IMG/VR virus record: IMGVR_UViG_3300000517_000001 | Reading direction: 5' to 3' (one strand) | Origin: a virus | Lineage: Duplodnaviria > Heunggongvirae > Uroviricota > Caudoviricetes | DNA: 64,000 nt | Shown here: positions 36,844-44,895 of the stretch, piece after piece | Numbering within the stretch: position 1 is the first letter of the stretch | Layout of the letters: each line of letters starts with the position of its first letter | The notes under the pieces: generated by a model | Databases searched by the model: none | The model's input: only the letters and a program-made list of their open reading frames with translations | What the model was told of the DNA's origin: nothing | Translations under genes and position numbers: made by a program

Positions 36844-38379
36844 ATGGCTCTAGAGCAAACAATAGAAAAATTCTCGGGTGTACTTAAATCCATCGAAATG
36901 AATGTGCTTAAGCAAGCGAGTTTTGCTGAGTCGCTTTATAATGAGAAACCACTTGAAAATCTAGAGCAACAAAAACAAACATCTTTACTTCAACGTCTTG
37001 TCGGTATTCAATCCGAAGAATTAAAGGTTTTGAAAGAAGGCCGTAAAAGAGCTCGAGGTGAAGAGCGTCTTACTGATATACCAAATAAAACACGACCTAC
37101 TGATGAATCTGGTAAACCTGTAACATTCGGTGGTGCTGTTGGCGCCGACGTAATAGGTGATGCGATTGTTGGTGTACTTGGTGCTATATCTTTAGGAGGT
37201 ATCCTTAAAACTGCTGCACTAGCAATTGCTGCACCATTTGCTTATAAATTTGTTGAGGGCTTTTTCGGAGAATTTGGTCTAAACGGCATTGAAGCTGCTG
37301 GTGTTACCCTTGGTGGATTAATTGCTTTAAAGACTACAAAAAGTCTAATAAAGGATGTTCTTGCAAAAGACACCACAAAAAAATTCATGCGGGGTTTTCT
37401 TGGTAAAGCTGGAATTGCTACAGGAATAGGTATTATTGGATCTCTTATAGGCAATGCAGTAGGAGATGCATTTGAAAATCCAGAATTAGGTGACGATATA
37501 TCACAAGTTGCTAATATAGCTGCATTAGGATCGTTCTTTGGTATTAAAGGTCTTATTATTGGGGCAGTTGCTGGGCTAGCATTAACATTAGGCCAAAAGC
37601 TTTTAGACTGGTTTAATAACCAAGACAAAAAATATCGAGACAAATTAGATGAAAAGCTAGCAGCAAATATGGCGGAAGCTGATAAAGCATTTGAAGAAGG
37701 TGATTATGAAACTGCGTCTAAGTTATCGGCAGAAAATTTAGCTAGAACAGATCAAGAATTAAAAAATAATGAGCAAAGGCTAGGTGTTGAAGCCCGAGAA
37801 AGTGTTAAACGAGCTAAAGAAGAGGCATTAACAAAATTAGAAGATCTTGCTAAAGAAGGAAAAGCAAGACCAGCTGATATTCAATTAGCAGCTACTAAGA
37901 GACTAGAAGCAAGTGATAAGACTGTAGAAGATTATGAAAACTATATAAAGCTTATGTCACAGGCATTTAAACAGCGTGAGCCTGAAGTGAATATGTATGA
38001 TATTGTCAAAACAGTTCGAGTTCCTGTAGGCTTAGGCGCCAAACCTCAAAATATTGAAAAAGCAAGACAAAATGTTTTAACAGAAATTTCTACAAAACAA
38101 GAAATGACTTATGGTACTCCATTACAAATTCCTTCTACTGGAATGTTTTGGTGGAAAAAACAAAATATGGAAGAGCTAATGCCACCTTTAGCCCAAAAGA
38201 CTGAAGCTCTATCACAAGGCTCTACTGCGATGGCTGCAGCTGGTTCGCCTGTTGTTATTAAAGGCGGTGATCGTGTTACTGGCGGATCAACCTATAATGA
38301 TAATAAGACTATTACACAGGTAACTAATATCATTGATCCAACTCAGGCATTGAACTTTAACGCAGCTCAAGCAAGATAA
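36844..38379 (+). CDS. tape-measure-like protein (coiled coil plus Gly-zipper hydrophobic segments)
   Basis: 511 aa. N- and C-terminal coiled coils. Central GxxxG-rich hydrophobic stretch (GAVGADVIGDAIVGVLGAISLGG...). Confidence 0.4.
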   Translation: MALEQTIEKFSGVLKSIEMNVLKQASFAESLYNEKPLENLEQQKQTSLLQRLVGIQSEELKVLKEGRKRARGEERLTDIPNKTRPTDESGKPVTFGGAVGADVIGDAIVGVLGAISLGGILKTAALAIAAPFAYKFVEGFFGEFGLNGIEAAGVTLGGLIALKTTKSLIKDVLAKDTTKKFMRGFLGKAGIATGIGIIGSLIGNAVGDAFENPELGDDISQVANIAALGSFFGIKGLIIGAVAGLALTLGQKLLDWFNNQDKKYRDKLDEKLAANMAEADKAFEEGDYETASKLSAENLARTDQELKNNEQRLGVEARESVKRAKEEALTKLEDLAKEGKARPADIQLAATKRLEASDKTVEDYENYIKLMSQAFKQREPEVNMYDIVKTVRVPVGLGAKPQNIEKARQNVLTEISTKQEMTYGTPLQIPSTGMFWWKKQNMEELMPPLAQKTEALSQGSTAMAAAGSPVVIKGGDRVTGGSTYNDNKTITQVTNIIDPTQALNFNAAQAR

Positions 38380-38383
38380 AAAA

Positions 38384-38401
38384 GGGGCTCCTTAGAGCCC
38401 C
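38384..38401. terminator. bidirectional hairpin terminator
   Basis: ggggctc-ctta-gagcccc stem-loop flanked by an A-run on the left, between convergent genes. Confidence 0.5.
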
Positions 38402-38751
38402 GAAATAAATCCTTCAAGAAATGCGAACCAAAGTGGTGATGTTAGAATTAAGATAATCCAAAAGACCCAATTATTGTTTGCTGAGTTTTCTGACCGAACT
38501 TTACCATAACAATTACCACAGAGCCATACTTTACGTTTACGATAGTAAGTACGCTGATTGTTATTAAAGACCGTATCGACTACTGATCGAGCACTCTTTT
38601 TATTTCCAAATACCAACCATCCAGTAACAGTTGATCCAGAAACACCTTTCTTCGATCTTCCAGACTCTGCGTAGATTTCTTTCTGACGCATATTTGGTTG
38701 AATGTCACGAAGTCCACAGTTTACACAAGTTCTTTTAGTATATTGTGCCAT
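38392..38751 (-). CDS. zinc-ribbon membrane protein (119 aa)
   Basis: CVNC...CGNC four-Cys motif. C-terminal TM helix. Confidence 0.4.
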   Translation of the reverse strand: MAQYTKRTCVNCGLRDIQPNMRQKEIYAESGRSKKGVSGSTVTGWLVFGNKKSARSVVDTVFNNNQRTYYRKRKVWLCGNCYGKVRSENSANNNWVFWIILILTSPLWFAFLEGFISGL

Positions 38752-38768
38752 GATATAATCCTTTGAAA

Positions 38769-38791
38769 GGGGAGGAGCCGAAGCCCCTCCC
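38769..38791 (-). terminator. GC-rich hairpin downstream of gene 32
   Basis: gggaggagc-cgaa-gcccctccc stem-loop 8 nt after the gp32 stop. Confidence 0.45.
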
Positions 38792-38798
38792 GATAGGT

Positions 38799-39734
38799 TT
38801 AGTCGTCAGTGAGACCTTTGAAGAACGACAGATCGTCATCGTCGTCATCACTTGTCGAACCAAAATCCGGAGAAGGAGCTTCATCCATTGTTTTCGGTGC
38901 GCTTTCCTTGAACTTCGGAGTGAAGTCCATCTCCGGCTCGTCATCCTCGGCGGTATGTGTGGGTGCGTGGGAACCACCGTCAAGCGCAAGAACTTTGTAA
39001 AGCTTCGCTTTGAGTTCATCATACGACTTGAAGTTTTTAGGATCGACGATTTCCTGCAGAGAATGCTGGGAATTCCAAATGGACTCCATTTCCTCGTCTG
39101 TCATCGCAGAGCCATCAGGCTTAGTGATTGGACCAGGAGCAGAAAACTCTGACTTATCATAGTTACGATAACCTTCAACATTACGAGCTTTCAGTTTGAA
39201 ATCTGCACCTTCCCAGAAGTCAAACGGATTAACAGCTTCTTCATCCTCGAATTGAGGGTTCATCATGTCATTCAGCTTATCGAAAATTTTCTTACCAAAC
39301 TTGTACTTGAAAACCTTGCCTTCGTTTTGAGGATTTGCAGGATCCTTGACAACATAGACATTGGCATGGAAACCAAGACGGCGCTTCTGTTTGCGGGCGA
39401 TGTCTTTATCTGATTCGACACCAGAATTCCAAAGTTTACTATTGTATTCAGAAACGGGGTCATCTTGACCAATAGTGGTAAGAGAGTTTTCAATGTACCA
39501 ACCACCAGGACCTTGGAAACCATGGTCCCACATACGAACAAATGGCATGTCTTCACCCTGAGGCGCAGGAAGAAAACGAAGCACAGCATAACCATTGCCG
39601 GCTTTGTCGACTTCGAGCTTCCAGTAGTCATCATCGCCAGATGGGCCGGAAGAGTTCATAGATTGTAGTTGGGAATTGAGCTTATCAAACTCTTTAGAAC
39701 GAGCTTGTTTTAGTGCGGAAAAAGAACTTGGCAT
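38799..39734 (-). CDS. 32: single-stranded DNA-binding protein gp32
   Basis: WKLEVDKAGNGYAVLRFLPA parallels T4 gp32 [20 protein letters not shown]. Acidic C-terminal tail (DDDDDDLSFF). Confidence 0.85.
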   Translation of the reverse strand: MPSSFSALKQARSKEFDKLNSQLQSMNSSGPSGDDDYWKLEVDKAGNGYAVLRFLPAPQGEDMPFVRMWDHGFQGPGGWYIENSLTTIGQDDPVSEYNSKLWNSGVESDKDIARKQKRRLGFHANVYVVKDPANPQNEGKVFKYKFGKKIFDKLNDMMNPQFEDEEAVNPFDFWEGADFKLKARNVEGYRNYDKSEFSAPGPITKPDGSAMTDEEMESIWNSQHSLQEIVDPKNFKSYDELKAKLYKVLALDGGSHAPTHTAEDDEPEMDFTPKFKESAPKTMDEAPSPDFGSTSDDDDDDLSFFKGLTDD

Positions 39735-39789
39735 ATGTGTATCTCCTTATATATGCGGTGTATAAAAATTGTTTGCGGTATATAGCGTT

Positions 39790-39818
39790 ATATTAACTTG
39801 TATACTTAAATTTGTCAA
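39790..39818 (-). promoter_or_regulatory. sigma70-like promoter for gene 32 (TTGACA-17-TAATAT)
   Basis: Minus-strand TTGACA (39818-39813), 17-nt spacer, TAATAT (39795-39790). Lies within the 3' end of gene 59. Confidence 0.4.
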
Positions 39819-40392
39819 CCACTATTTTCCTCATCTTATCTTTGTCATACTCTAGAAATGGCTTGTAATTCAGCACGAAACTATTTATATGTGGGAACAT
39901 GATTTTTTCATGAATTTTTTTGTCCCAGTAAATAAAACATTTTGTCAAATCATCGAGTATCACAAGGGTTTCTGGACTAATTTTTTCTTGCATATACAAT
40001 GTAAGCAAGCGTGGATGTTGTCCGTTATCAACCACAATGTTTGAGTCGAAATTATCATTCAACTCGTTTAACTCACGCTTAAAATTATACGTGAGAGCCT
40101 GTATTCGTTTAGCCCATGCGACATAGTTTTGATGCGCTTTCTCTTCAAGCATATCACCAATCCATATCGAGGGATCAACGATCATATTAGCAAGAATAAG
40201 CTCTTTTGCTTCTGATCTTTTTGAAAGCTTATAGAAAAAGAACTTATCTTTTCGATTCTCAAAGCTTTGGACATTAGCTTTGATTTTGCCATTATACTTG
40301 AAGAAATCATAATTAGAAGTAAAATGACGTTTCATTGCAAGATAGTATACATAGATGTCATAAGCATCTCGAGTACTATAAAGTTTTGTCAT
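39793..40392 (-). CDS. 59: helicase-loading protein gp59
   Basis: RKDKFFFYKLSKRSEAKELILANMIVDPSIWIGDM parallels T4 gp59 RRDKYFFQKLSEKYKLKELALIF...AWIGDI. 59-32 order as in T4. Confidence 0.75.
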   Translation of the reverse strand: MTKLYSTRDAYDIYVYYLAMKRHFTSNYDFFKYNGKIKANVQSFENRKDKFFFYKLSKRSEAKELILANMIVDPSIWIGDMLEEKAHQNYVAWAKRIQALTYNFKRELNELNDNFDSNIVVDNGQHPRLLTLYMQEKISPETLVILDDLTKCFIYWDKKIHEKIMFPHINSFVLNYKPFLEYDKDKMRKIVVDKFKYTS

Positions 40393-40685
40393 ACTGGCAA
40401 CCTTGCGGTTTTCTCCATTAGTCGAAGTCGTTCAGCATCTTCACGAACTTTTGCTTTTAAAATAGGTGAACGCTTTACAATATCACCAATGAGTTCAATT
40501 TCAATTTCATTTTTTTGAGCATAATGCACAAGAGCATCCATGAGTGTTACATCTTCATTTACCCATGGACTTACTTCTTTTAATATTTGCTCTGCTTTGA
40601 GGTCTTCAATTTTATCCATTGAGATTTTTGATTCCTGCTGCCCAATTTTGTGCTGCACTTTCGACCCAATGTACAGATTTTCCAT
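40389..40685 (-). CDS. hypothetical protein (98 aa)
   Basis: ORF coupled to the gp59 start. Confidence 0.4.
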   Translation of the reverse strand: MENLYIGSKVQHKIGQQESKISMDKIEDLKAEQILKEVSPWVNEDVTLMDALVHYAQKNEIEIELIGDIVKRSPILKAKVREDAERLRLMEKTARLPV

Positions 40686-40824
40686 GATGAGTTTCTGACT
40701 TCATAAAATTACCGTTCATATCATAGTACTCGATCATATAGCCATCAGGTGTATCATGTACCTCTGCACGTGCACCAGATGTATCTTCTTTGAAATAAGT
40801 TGAAATAAGCATTTGCGTCCTCAC
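40612..40824 (-). CDS. hypothetical protein (70 aa)
   Basis: ORF overlaps neighbours in a different frame. Confidence 0.3.
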   Translation of the reverse strand: MRTQMLISTYFKEDTSGARAEVHDTPDGYMIEYYDMNGNFMKSETHHGKSVHWVESAAQNWAAGIKNLNG

Positions 40825-41441
40825 TTTACCATAAATCCAATTCTTGCGGGTTTGATGAAACCATCAGCATCATCAAAACTCTCTATATAACTATAACCCA
40901 TACTTTCGTAAATGTCAATCAAATTGACTGGATCATCCTCGAATATAGGAACGAGCTCATCATATTCCGGATCAGGAGTATCTCTTAGATGTACTTCGAT
41001 CACTTTATCACCTATGAATTCTATATTGATTAAAGGTAAGTCTGATAACTCATTAAGTTTACGTGGAACTGCAGGAGCATAATTAGTTCTTTTCCACCAC
41101 ATGAATCGAAGCTCTAGTTTACTCGCTAACCAACAACTCTTAAGTTGCCATCCAACCAAATGTTTCCAAGTAAATGTAGCCGAGTAATGATCGCCTTCAA
41201 ACCATTCGCACCAAAAATATCCAGGTGGGACTTGTGTTACATCTCCGGCTTTGATAAACTTTTTATGAGCACCTGCACTCATCCCAGAGAGGTTGTAAAT
41301 CGGTCTGATGATATAATAACCATCACGATCTGGAGCTACACCACAGGGGCCACAGTAGTGTCCTAGAAGGTTAGACACATAAAGCTTATTGAACCATTTA
41401 CGATATTCAGGATATTCTTTCCAAGCTTCATGATCTTCCAT
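40821..41441 (-). CDS. hypothetical protein (206 aa)
   Basis: ORF with AACGGAG RBS. Trp/Cys-containing (HYCGPCG). Confidence 0.5.
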   Translation of the reverse strand: MEDHEAWKEYPEYRKWFNKLYVSNLLGHYCGPCGVAPDRDGYYIIRPIYNLSGMSAGAHKKFIKAGDVTQVPPGYFWCEWFEGDHYSATFTWKHLVGWQLKSCWLASKLELRFMWWKRTNYAPAVPRKLNELSDLPLINIEFIGDKVIEVHLRDTPDPEYDELVPIFEDDPVNLIDIYESMGYSYIESFDDADGFIKPARIGFMVK

Positions 41442-41454
41442 AATATACTCCGTT

Positions 41455-41824
41455 GTTAAGTGAGCCCGTTCTGTTGCCCGGTGGAGCTCATACCGCGTAG
41501 ACTCAAGCTGCGAGTGCTACAGGTTCTGCGTTAATGTTTGCAGTTATTAAGATGCGACTATTACGCGTTCGCCTCCGATAGTCTCCACGTTCCCTTCCGC
41601 ATACGTCGATCCCAATTCACCCCCATCAAAGATACACTTTAAGCTTCAGAGTGTCGGACTCGAACCGACATACCCTTCTCTGATATTCAGAAACACAGAA
41701 CGTTACAATGTTCCCTTAGTTGGCCAACTAGCTTATAAAGGTTGCGGCGCCTTTAAGTGTATCCGTGGTGGAGGTGCGGGGTTTCGAACCCCGGTCCGTC
41801 CTACGTCCAGTCAGTTTCACCGAC
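41455..41824 (-). ncRNA. ssrA: circularly permuted (two-piece) tmRNA gene
   Basis: On the minus strand the order is: acceptor piece, intervening segment, coding piece. The acceptor piece ends ...CGGGG-TTCGAAA-CCCCG-CACCTCC-A-CCA (canonical T-arm, 7-nt 3' acceptor strand, discriminator, CCA; plus 41765-41792). About 140 nt downstream lies GGGGGTG-AATTGGGATCGACG (plus 41624-41604), a perfect partner for CACCTCC followed by the tmRNA D-analog consensus (cf. GGGGCUGAUUCUGGAUUCGACGGG). Then comes a tag reading frame. ORF-free. Confidence 0.55.
41503..41541 (-). other. tmRNA tag reading frame ANINAEPVALAA-stop
   Basis: GCA AAC ATT AAC GCA GAA CCT GTA GCA CTC GCA GCT TGA on the minus strand. Typical AN...ALAA degradation tag. 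Resume-region AATAGTCGCA-like sequence just upstream. Confidence 0.5.
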
Positions 41825-42051
41825 TACAATATATTTATACCATAAAAACTCTTTAATGTCAACAAGATAAACACGCAACCAAGTATACCCATAAAAATAT
41901 GTTTTGCATTTTCAATATCTATACCAAACGATGTAAGAACAGCAACAGAAAAAACAGTTAGAATATAACTTGTAAGAATTGATAATGGGATATTAACCGT
42001 GATCATAGCGACGTAGTTTCTCTTCGCGCCCTTCTCTTTGACCATAGCCAA
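41824..42051 (-). CDS. small membrane protein (75 aa, 2 TM), holin-like
   Basis: Two hydrophobic helices. Charged N-terminus. Confidence 0.4.
   Translation of the reverse strand: MAMVKEKGAKRNYVAMITVNIPLSILTSYILTVFSVAVLTSFGIDIENAKHIFMGILGCVFILLTLKSFYGINIL
41831..41838 (-). promoter_or_regulatory. T4-type late promoter TATAAATA upstream of the tmRNA locus
   Basis: Minus-strand TATAAATA (plus-strand tatttata) about 7 nt before the start of the structured RNA region. Confidence 0.4.
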
Positions 42052-42187
42052 GTCTCCTCATTACATCCATTCTTTCAAGGTCCGTATATCGAGACCACAT
42101 TCGAATTTCTTCTACAGTACGATTACAACCCTTACAAATTTGGGTTTCATTGTCGATCTTACATATACCAACACAAGGAGTAATCAT
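41993..42187 (-). CDS. DUF1289-like Cys-rich protein
   Basis: CVGICKID...CKGCNRTVEEIRMW matches the C.GiC...CiGCgRt.eEi.W pattern. Confidence 0.45.
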   Translation of the reverse strand: MITPCVGICKIDNETQICKGCNRTVEEIRMWSRYTDLERMDVMRRLGYGQREGREEKLRRYDHG

Positions 42188-42474
42188 TTAGACATTACCT
42201 GATAGATGTGAACCATCCTATTACCGCACATTGTAGAACCAACGTGTGTACTATTATCAGGAATATATTCATTATCATAGCAAAGTTCTAGAACTACTTT
42301 GCGACGATGGATTGGGTTTTCAAGAGTTTCATACCAAACCGTAGGTAAACCATAACACGAAAAAACACGAATTACTTTGAAAACATCAACAGCAGTATCA
42401 AATTCTAGAGTTCTTTGAAGTGCATATGCACCATCTTCTTTGAAGCTTCTTCGATGAATTACCCGATCGCACAT
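42184..42474 (-). CDS. hypothetical protein (96 aa)
   Basis: ORF, start/stop-coupled. Confidence 0.4.
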   Translation of the reverse strand: MCDRVIHRRSFKEDGAYALQRTLEFDTAVDVFKVIRVFSCYGLPTVWYETLENPIHRRKVVLELCYDNEYIPDNSTHVGSTMCGNRMVHIYQVMSK

Positions 42475-42485
42475 ATAGTTTCTCC

Positions 42486-42980
42486 TTATTGATAGAAAAT
42501 ATGAGTGTCGACTTGCACAACCTGATCATATGCACTGGACCAATATGGTTCAACGTAGTCTGCATGATACATAGTTGCATCTTCAACAGGACTATTTATT
42601 CCACGAGCCCAGTCAAGCAGGACAACATCAGTAACAATACCAGCATCTTCCCATGCACGCTGTTCAAGCACATTATCAGAAGGTGTATCCGACTTACCGT
42701 CATGTGTCCAGCTAAACTGCTTATGCTGCCAGACCACTTCGCAAATCGTATTAGGATAACGAGCACTTTCAACACGATTCAGTGTAACCCATGCAACTGC
42801 TGCTTGTCCAAGTGTAGACTGGTTACGAGCTTCGAAGAAAATGTTTTGCTGAAGACAATAACGATCTTCTTCGGAGATACCTTTCACAAACTGCTCAGCT
42901 TGAGCATCTTGAATTTGATATGCGCCAACACCGACGATACTTGCAAGAGTGAGTGCGTTCAGGAAACCTGCGATTTTCAT
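42486..42980 (-). CDS. secreted SleB/CwlJ-family cell-wall hydrolase
   Basis: Signal peptide, then QNIFFEARNQS...AAVAWVTLNRV matching the Hydrolase_2 (SleB) signature. Confidence 0.6.
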   Translation of the reverse strand: MKIAGFLNALTLASIVGVGAYQIQDAQAEQFVKGISEEDRYCLQQNIFFEARNQSTLGQAAVAWVTLNRVESARYPNTICEVVWQHKQFSWTHDGKSDTPSDNVLEQRAWEDAGIVTDVVLLDWARGINSPVEDATMYHADYVEPYWSSAYDQVVQVDTHIFYQ

Positions 42981-42992
42981 GTCTATTTCTCC

Positions 42993-43400
42993 TTACACAC
43001 CAAAGAATTCTTTGATGTCTTTCCATGTGCCGCTTACGAGAGGTCCATCAAAGTTGTTGTCGATGCCCCAAACTTCGGCTTTACCGTTATGACCACTGCG
43101 AGGAACAACGGTGTAGATCACATCGCCAGTTTCCATGTCACAAATGCGAAAGTCATCATAAAGAGAACCGCGCGATGGGCAGTTGTTTTTAAAGAACACA
43201 TACATAGTTTCACCATCAACCTTTTTCGAAGGAAGAAGCTGAATAACCTTTTTGCCGAGTGTTCGAGTTTTGTTACGAAGAGACTCAGTCTTACAGAACC
43301 AGTCATACCAGCCGGCTTTACACTGAGTTTCAAACGAAGCGTCTTCAAACTGGCCATCGAGAAATTTACCGACAAAAGTGTTGATGTTCATGTTGTTCAT
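42993..43400 (-). CDS. hypothetical protein (135 aa)
   Basis: ORF downstream of an early promoter copy. Confidence 0.45.
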   Translation of the reverse strand: MNNMNINTFVGKFLDGQFEDASFETQCKAGWYDWFCKTESLRNKTRTLGKKVIQLLPSKKVDGETMYVFFKNNCPSRGSLYDDFRICDMETGDVIYTVVPRSGHNGKAEVWGIDNNFDGPLVSGTWKDIKEFFGV

Positions 43401-43427
43401 AGTGTTTTCTCCATTGCTTATATTATT

Positions 43428-43456
43428 AATATAAGCCTTTTAAGAAGGAATGTCAA
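43428..43456 (-). promoter_or_regulatory. early promoter repeat (TTGACA-17-TATATT)
   Basis: Member of the GTTGACATTC...-10 family. Minus orientation. Confidence 0.5.
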
Positions 43457-43460
43457 CAGT

Positions 43461-43829
43461 TTATTCATCATTTTTTGCATTTATTTCAAGATAGCCAATA
43501 TTAATTAGCCATGCAAGAACTAAAGAACTAATAGCGATAGCAACCCAAGGTGCACACCAAAAAGCCACATAAGCAAAGGGAGTCAACTTATACAACGCAA
43601 CCAATGCAACAAGATTTCCACCGGTGCTCAACGTAGCATCTTTCAAAACATCTCTTTCGGCCACAAGCTGCGACTCATCAAGTGTCACCATAATACGCCC
43701 GACCTGGTAGTAATAGAAAAGAGAGTACATAACCATCATTGATGCAAGAGCAATCTGAGCCCACCAATAAGGTGTAAGCATAACAAATGCAATAAGAGTA
43801 TATGTGGCCCAACGAAAAGGATTAAGCAT
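43461..43829 (-). CDS. membrane protein (122 aa, multi-TM)
   Basis: Three to four hydrophobic helices. Confidence 0.45.
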   Translation of the reverse strand: MLNPFRWATYTLIAFVMLTPYWWAQIALASMMVMYSLFYYYQVGRIMVTLDESQLVAERDVLKDATLSTGGNLVALVALYKLTPFAYVAFWCAPWVAIAISSLVLAWLINIGYLEINAKNDE

Positions 43830-43848
43830 TTAGTATCTCCAGAAAGTG

Positions 43849-43869
43849 GAGGAGGGCCGAAGCCCTCCA
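43849..43869 (-). terminator. GC hairpin with CGAA loop downstream of the DUF932 gene
   Basis: ggagggc-cgaa-gccctcc, same motif as the hairpin at 38769. Confidence 0.35.
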
Positions 43870-43872
43870 TTA

Positions 43873-44823
43873 TTAAGCAGCGTCTGCCATTTCAAGGGCA
43901 AGCTCAAGAGCATCAGTCTTCAGCTTGCGGTTGGCGCCATACCATGCCGACTGAAGGCGAGTATCAGCAGTACGACCAAGTTCGTGGTCAGTCATGTAGG
44001 TGATTGCATTGAAGGCAGTCCAGAAGGTACCTTCCGCAAACTCTGCACCGGGCTGTTCCTGAAGAACTTCCATTGCACGCTGACCTTTACGGCTCAGCTC
44101 ACCTTCGTTCTTGTTCGACATGCCAAGCAGATGACCGAAGTACTGCTTTACAGTTTCTTCGGTAGTACGCTTCGAGCCAAGGAACTCAGCCATCTCTTTG
44201 TACTGACCCATCTTAAAGTGCGCGATACCCATCATTTCCTTGACAGCATCAGCATCGAACTGCGAACGGTGGTTAACACGAACAGCTGCTTGACCTTGTT
44301 GCTGAAGAGAAAGAGTCAAAGTGTTGTTGCAGACCACGCGGATCGGAGTGAAACGGATGTCGATGGTTTTACCATACTGATGAGGGTTCGAGAAAAGCAT
44401 GTAGCTTTCAACCTTATCACCATTGAACAACTCGAAGTCATCATTGACTTTTGCAAGAGCCCAGATGATTTCGCCATTCTTCAGCGAACCAGCAGTATGC
44501 ATTTCCATTTGTCCACGCTCGACAAACTCAGCGAAGAAATCGAAAGCTTCTTCATTTTGTACAGGGTGCCAGTTCTTACCGACCTGGGTCAGGACTCGAC
44601 CATCGGTCTCGCGAACAAGAGCCTTTTGGCCAGTGGGGATTTGTTTACCGTTGAAGTTCACAAAGGACTCAACTTCCTGAACACGCCAGTCGACACCAGC
44701 TGCTTTCATCATTTCCTCGGGCGAGATGTCAGGATCAACCTGAACTCCAAGCCCATGCCAAGGAAGTTCACCAACATATGCATGCTGTGCTTGACCGTTG
44801 ATCATTTCAAGTTCGTGTGCCAT
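43873..44823 (-). CDS. DUF932-family protein
   Basis: N-terminal MAHELEMINGQAQHAYVGELPWHGLG matches the DUF932 signature (..G.A.MAY.G..PWHGLG). Markedly GC-richer than its surroundings. Confidence 0.55.
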   Translation of the reverse strand: MAHELEMINGQAQHAYVGELPWHGLGVQVDPDISPEEMMKAAGVDWRVQEVESFVNFNGKQIPTGQKALVRETDGRVLTQVGKNWHPVQNEEAFDFFAEFVERGQMEMHTAGSLKNGEIIWALAKVNDDFELFNGDKVESYMLFSNPHQYGKTIDIRFTPIRVVCNNTLTLSLQQQGQAAVRVNHRSQFDADAVKEMMGIAHFKMGQYKEMAEFLGSKRTTEETVKQYFGHLLGMSNKNEGELSRKGQRAMEVLQEQPGAEFAEGTFWTAFNAITYMTDHELGRTADTRLQSAWYGANRKLKTDALELALEMADAA

Positions 44824-44859
44824 GATATATACTCCATAGTTTGTGCTGTTGATAGATAT

Positions 44860-44888
44860 AATCTACACTATTTAAGAAGGAATGTCAA
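44860..44888 (-). promoter_or_regulatory. early promoter repeat (TTGACA-17-TAGATT)
   Basis: Family member upstream of 44823. Confidence 0.5.
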
Positions 44889-44895
44889 CTCTTTT

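Noticed and set aside
41470-41490. Standard one-piece tmRNA reading, using GAGCTCC-A-CC near 41478 as the 3' end
   Set aside because: No T-arm precedes it. It mismatches the GGGGGTG 5' strand at two positions and lacks the terminal A. The upstream CACCTCC-A-CCA with a canonical T-arm pairs perfectly instead.
41442-41823. Cluster of ordinary tRNA genes
   Set aside because: Two good T-arms exist, but no D-arm or anticodon arm could be folded at tRNA spacing. The first T-arm lies only about 58 nt from the presumed transcript start. The tmRNA-specific elements (GGGGGUG plus GGAUCGACG, the ALAA-stop tag frame) explain the region better.
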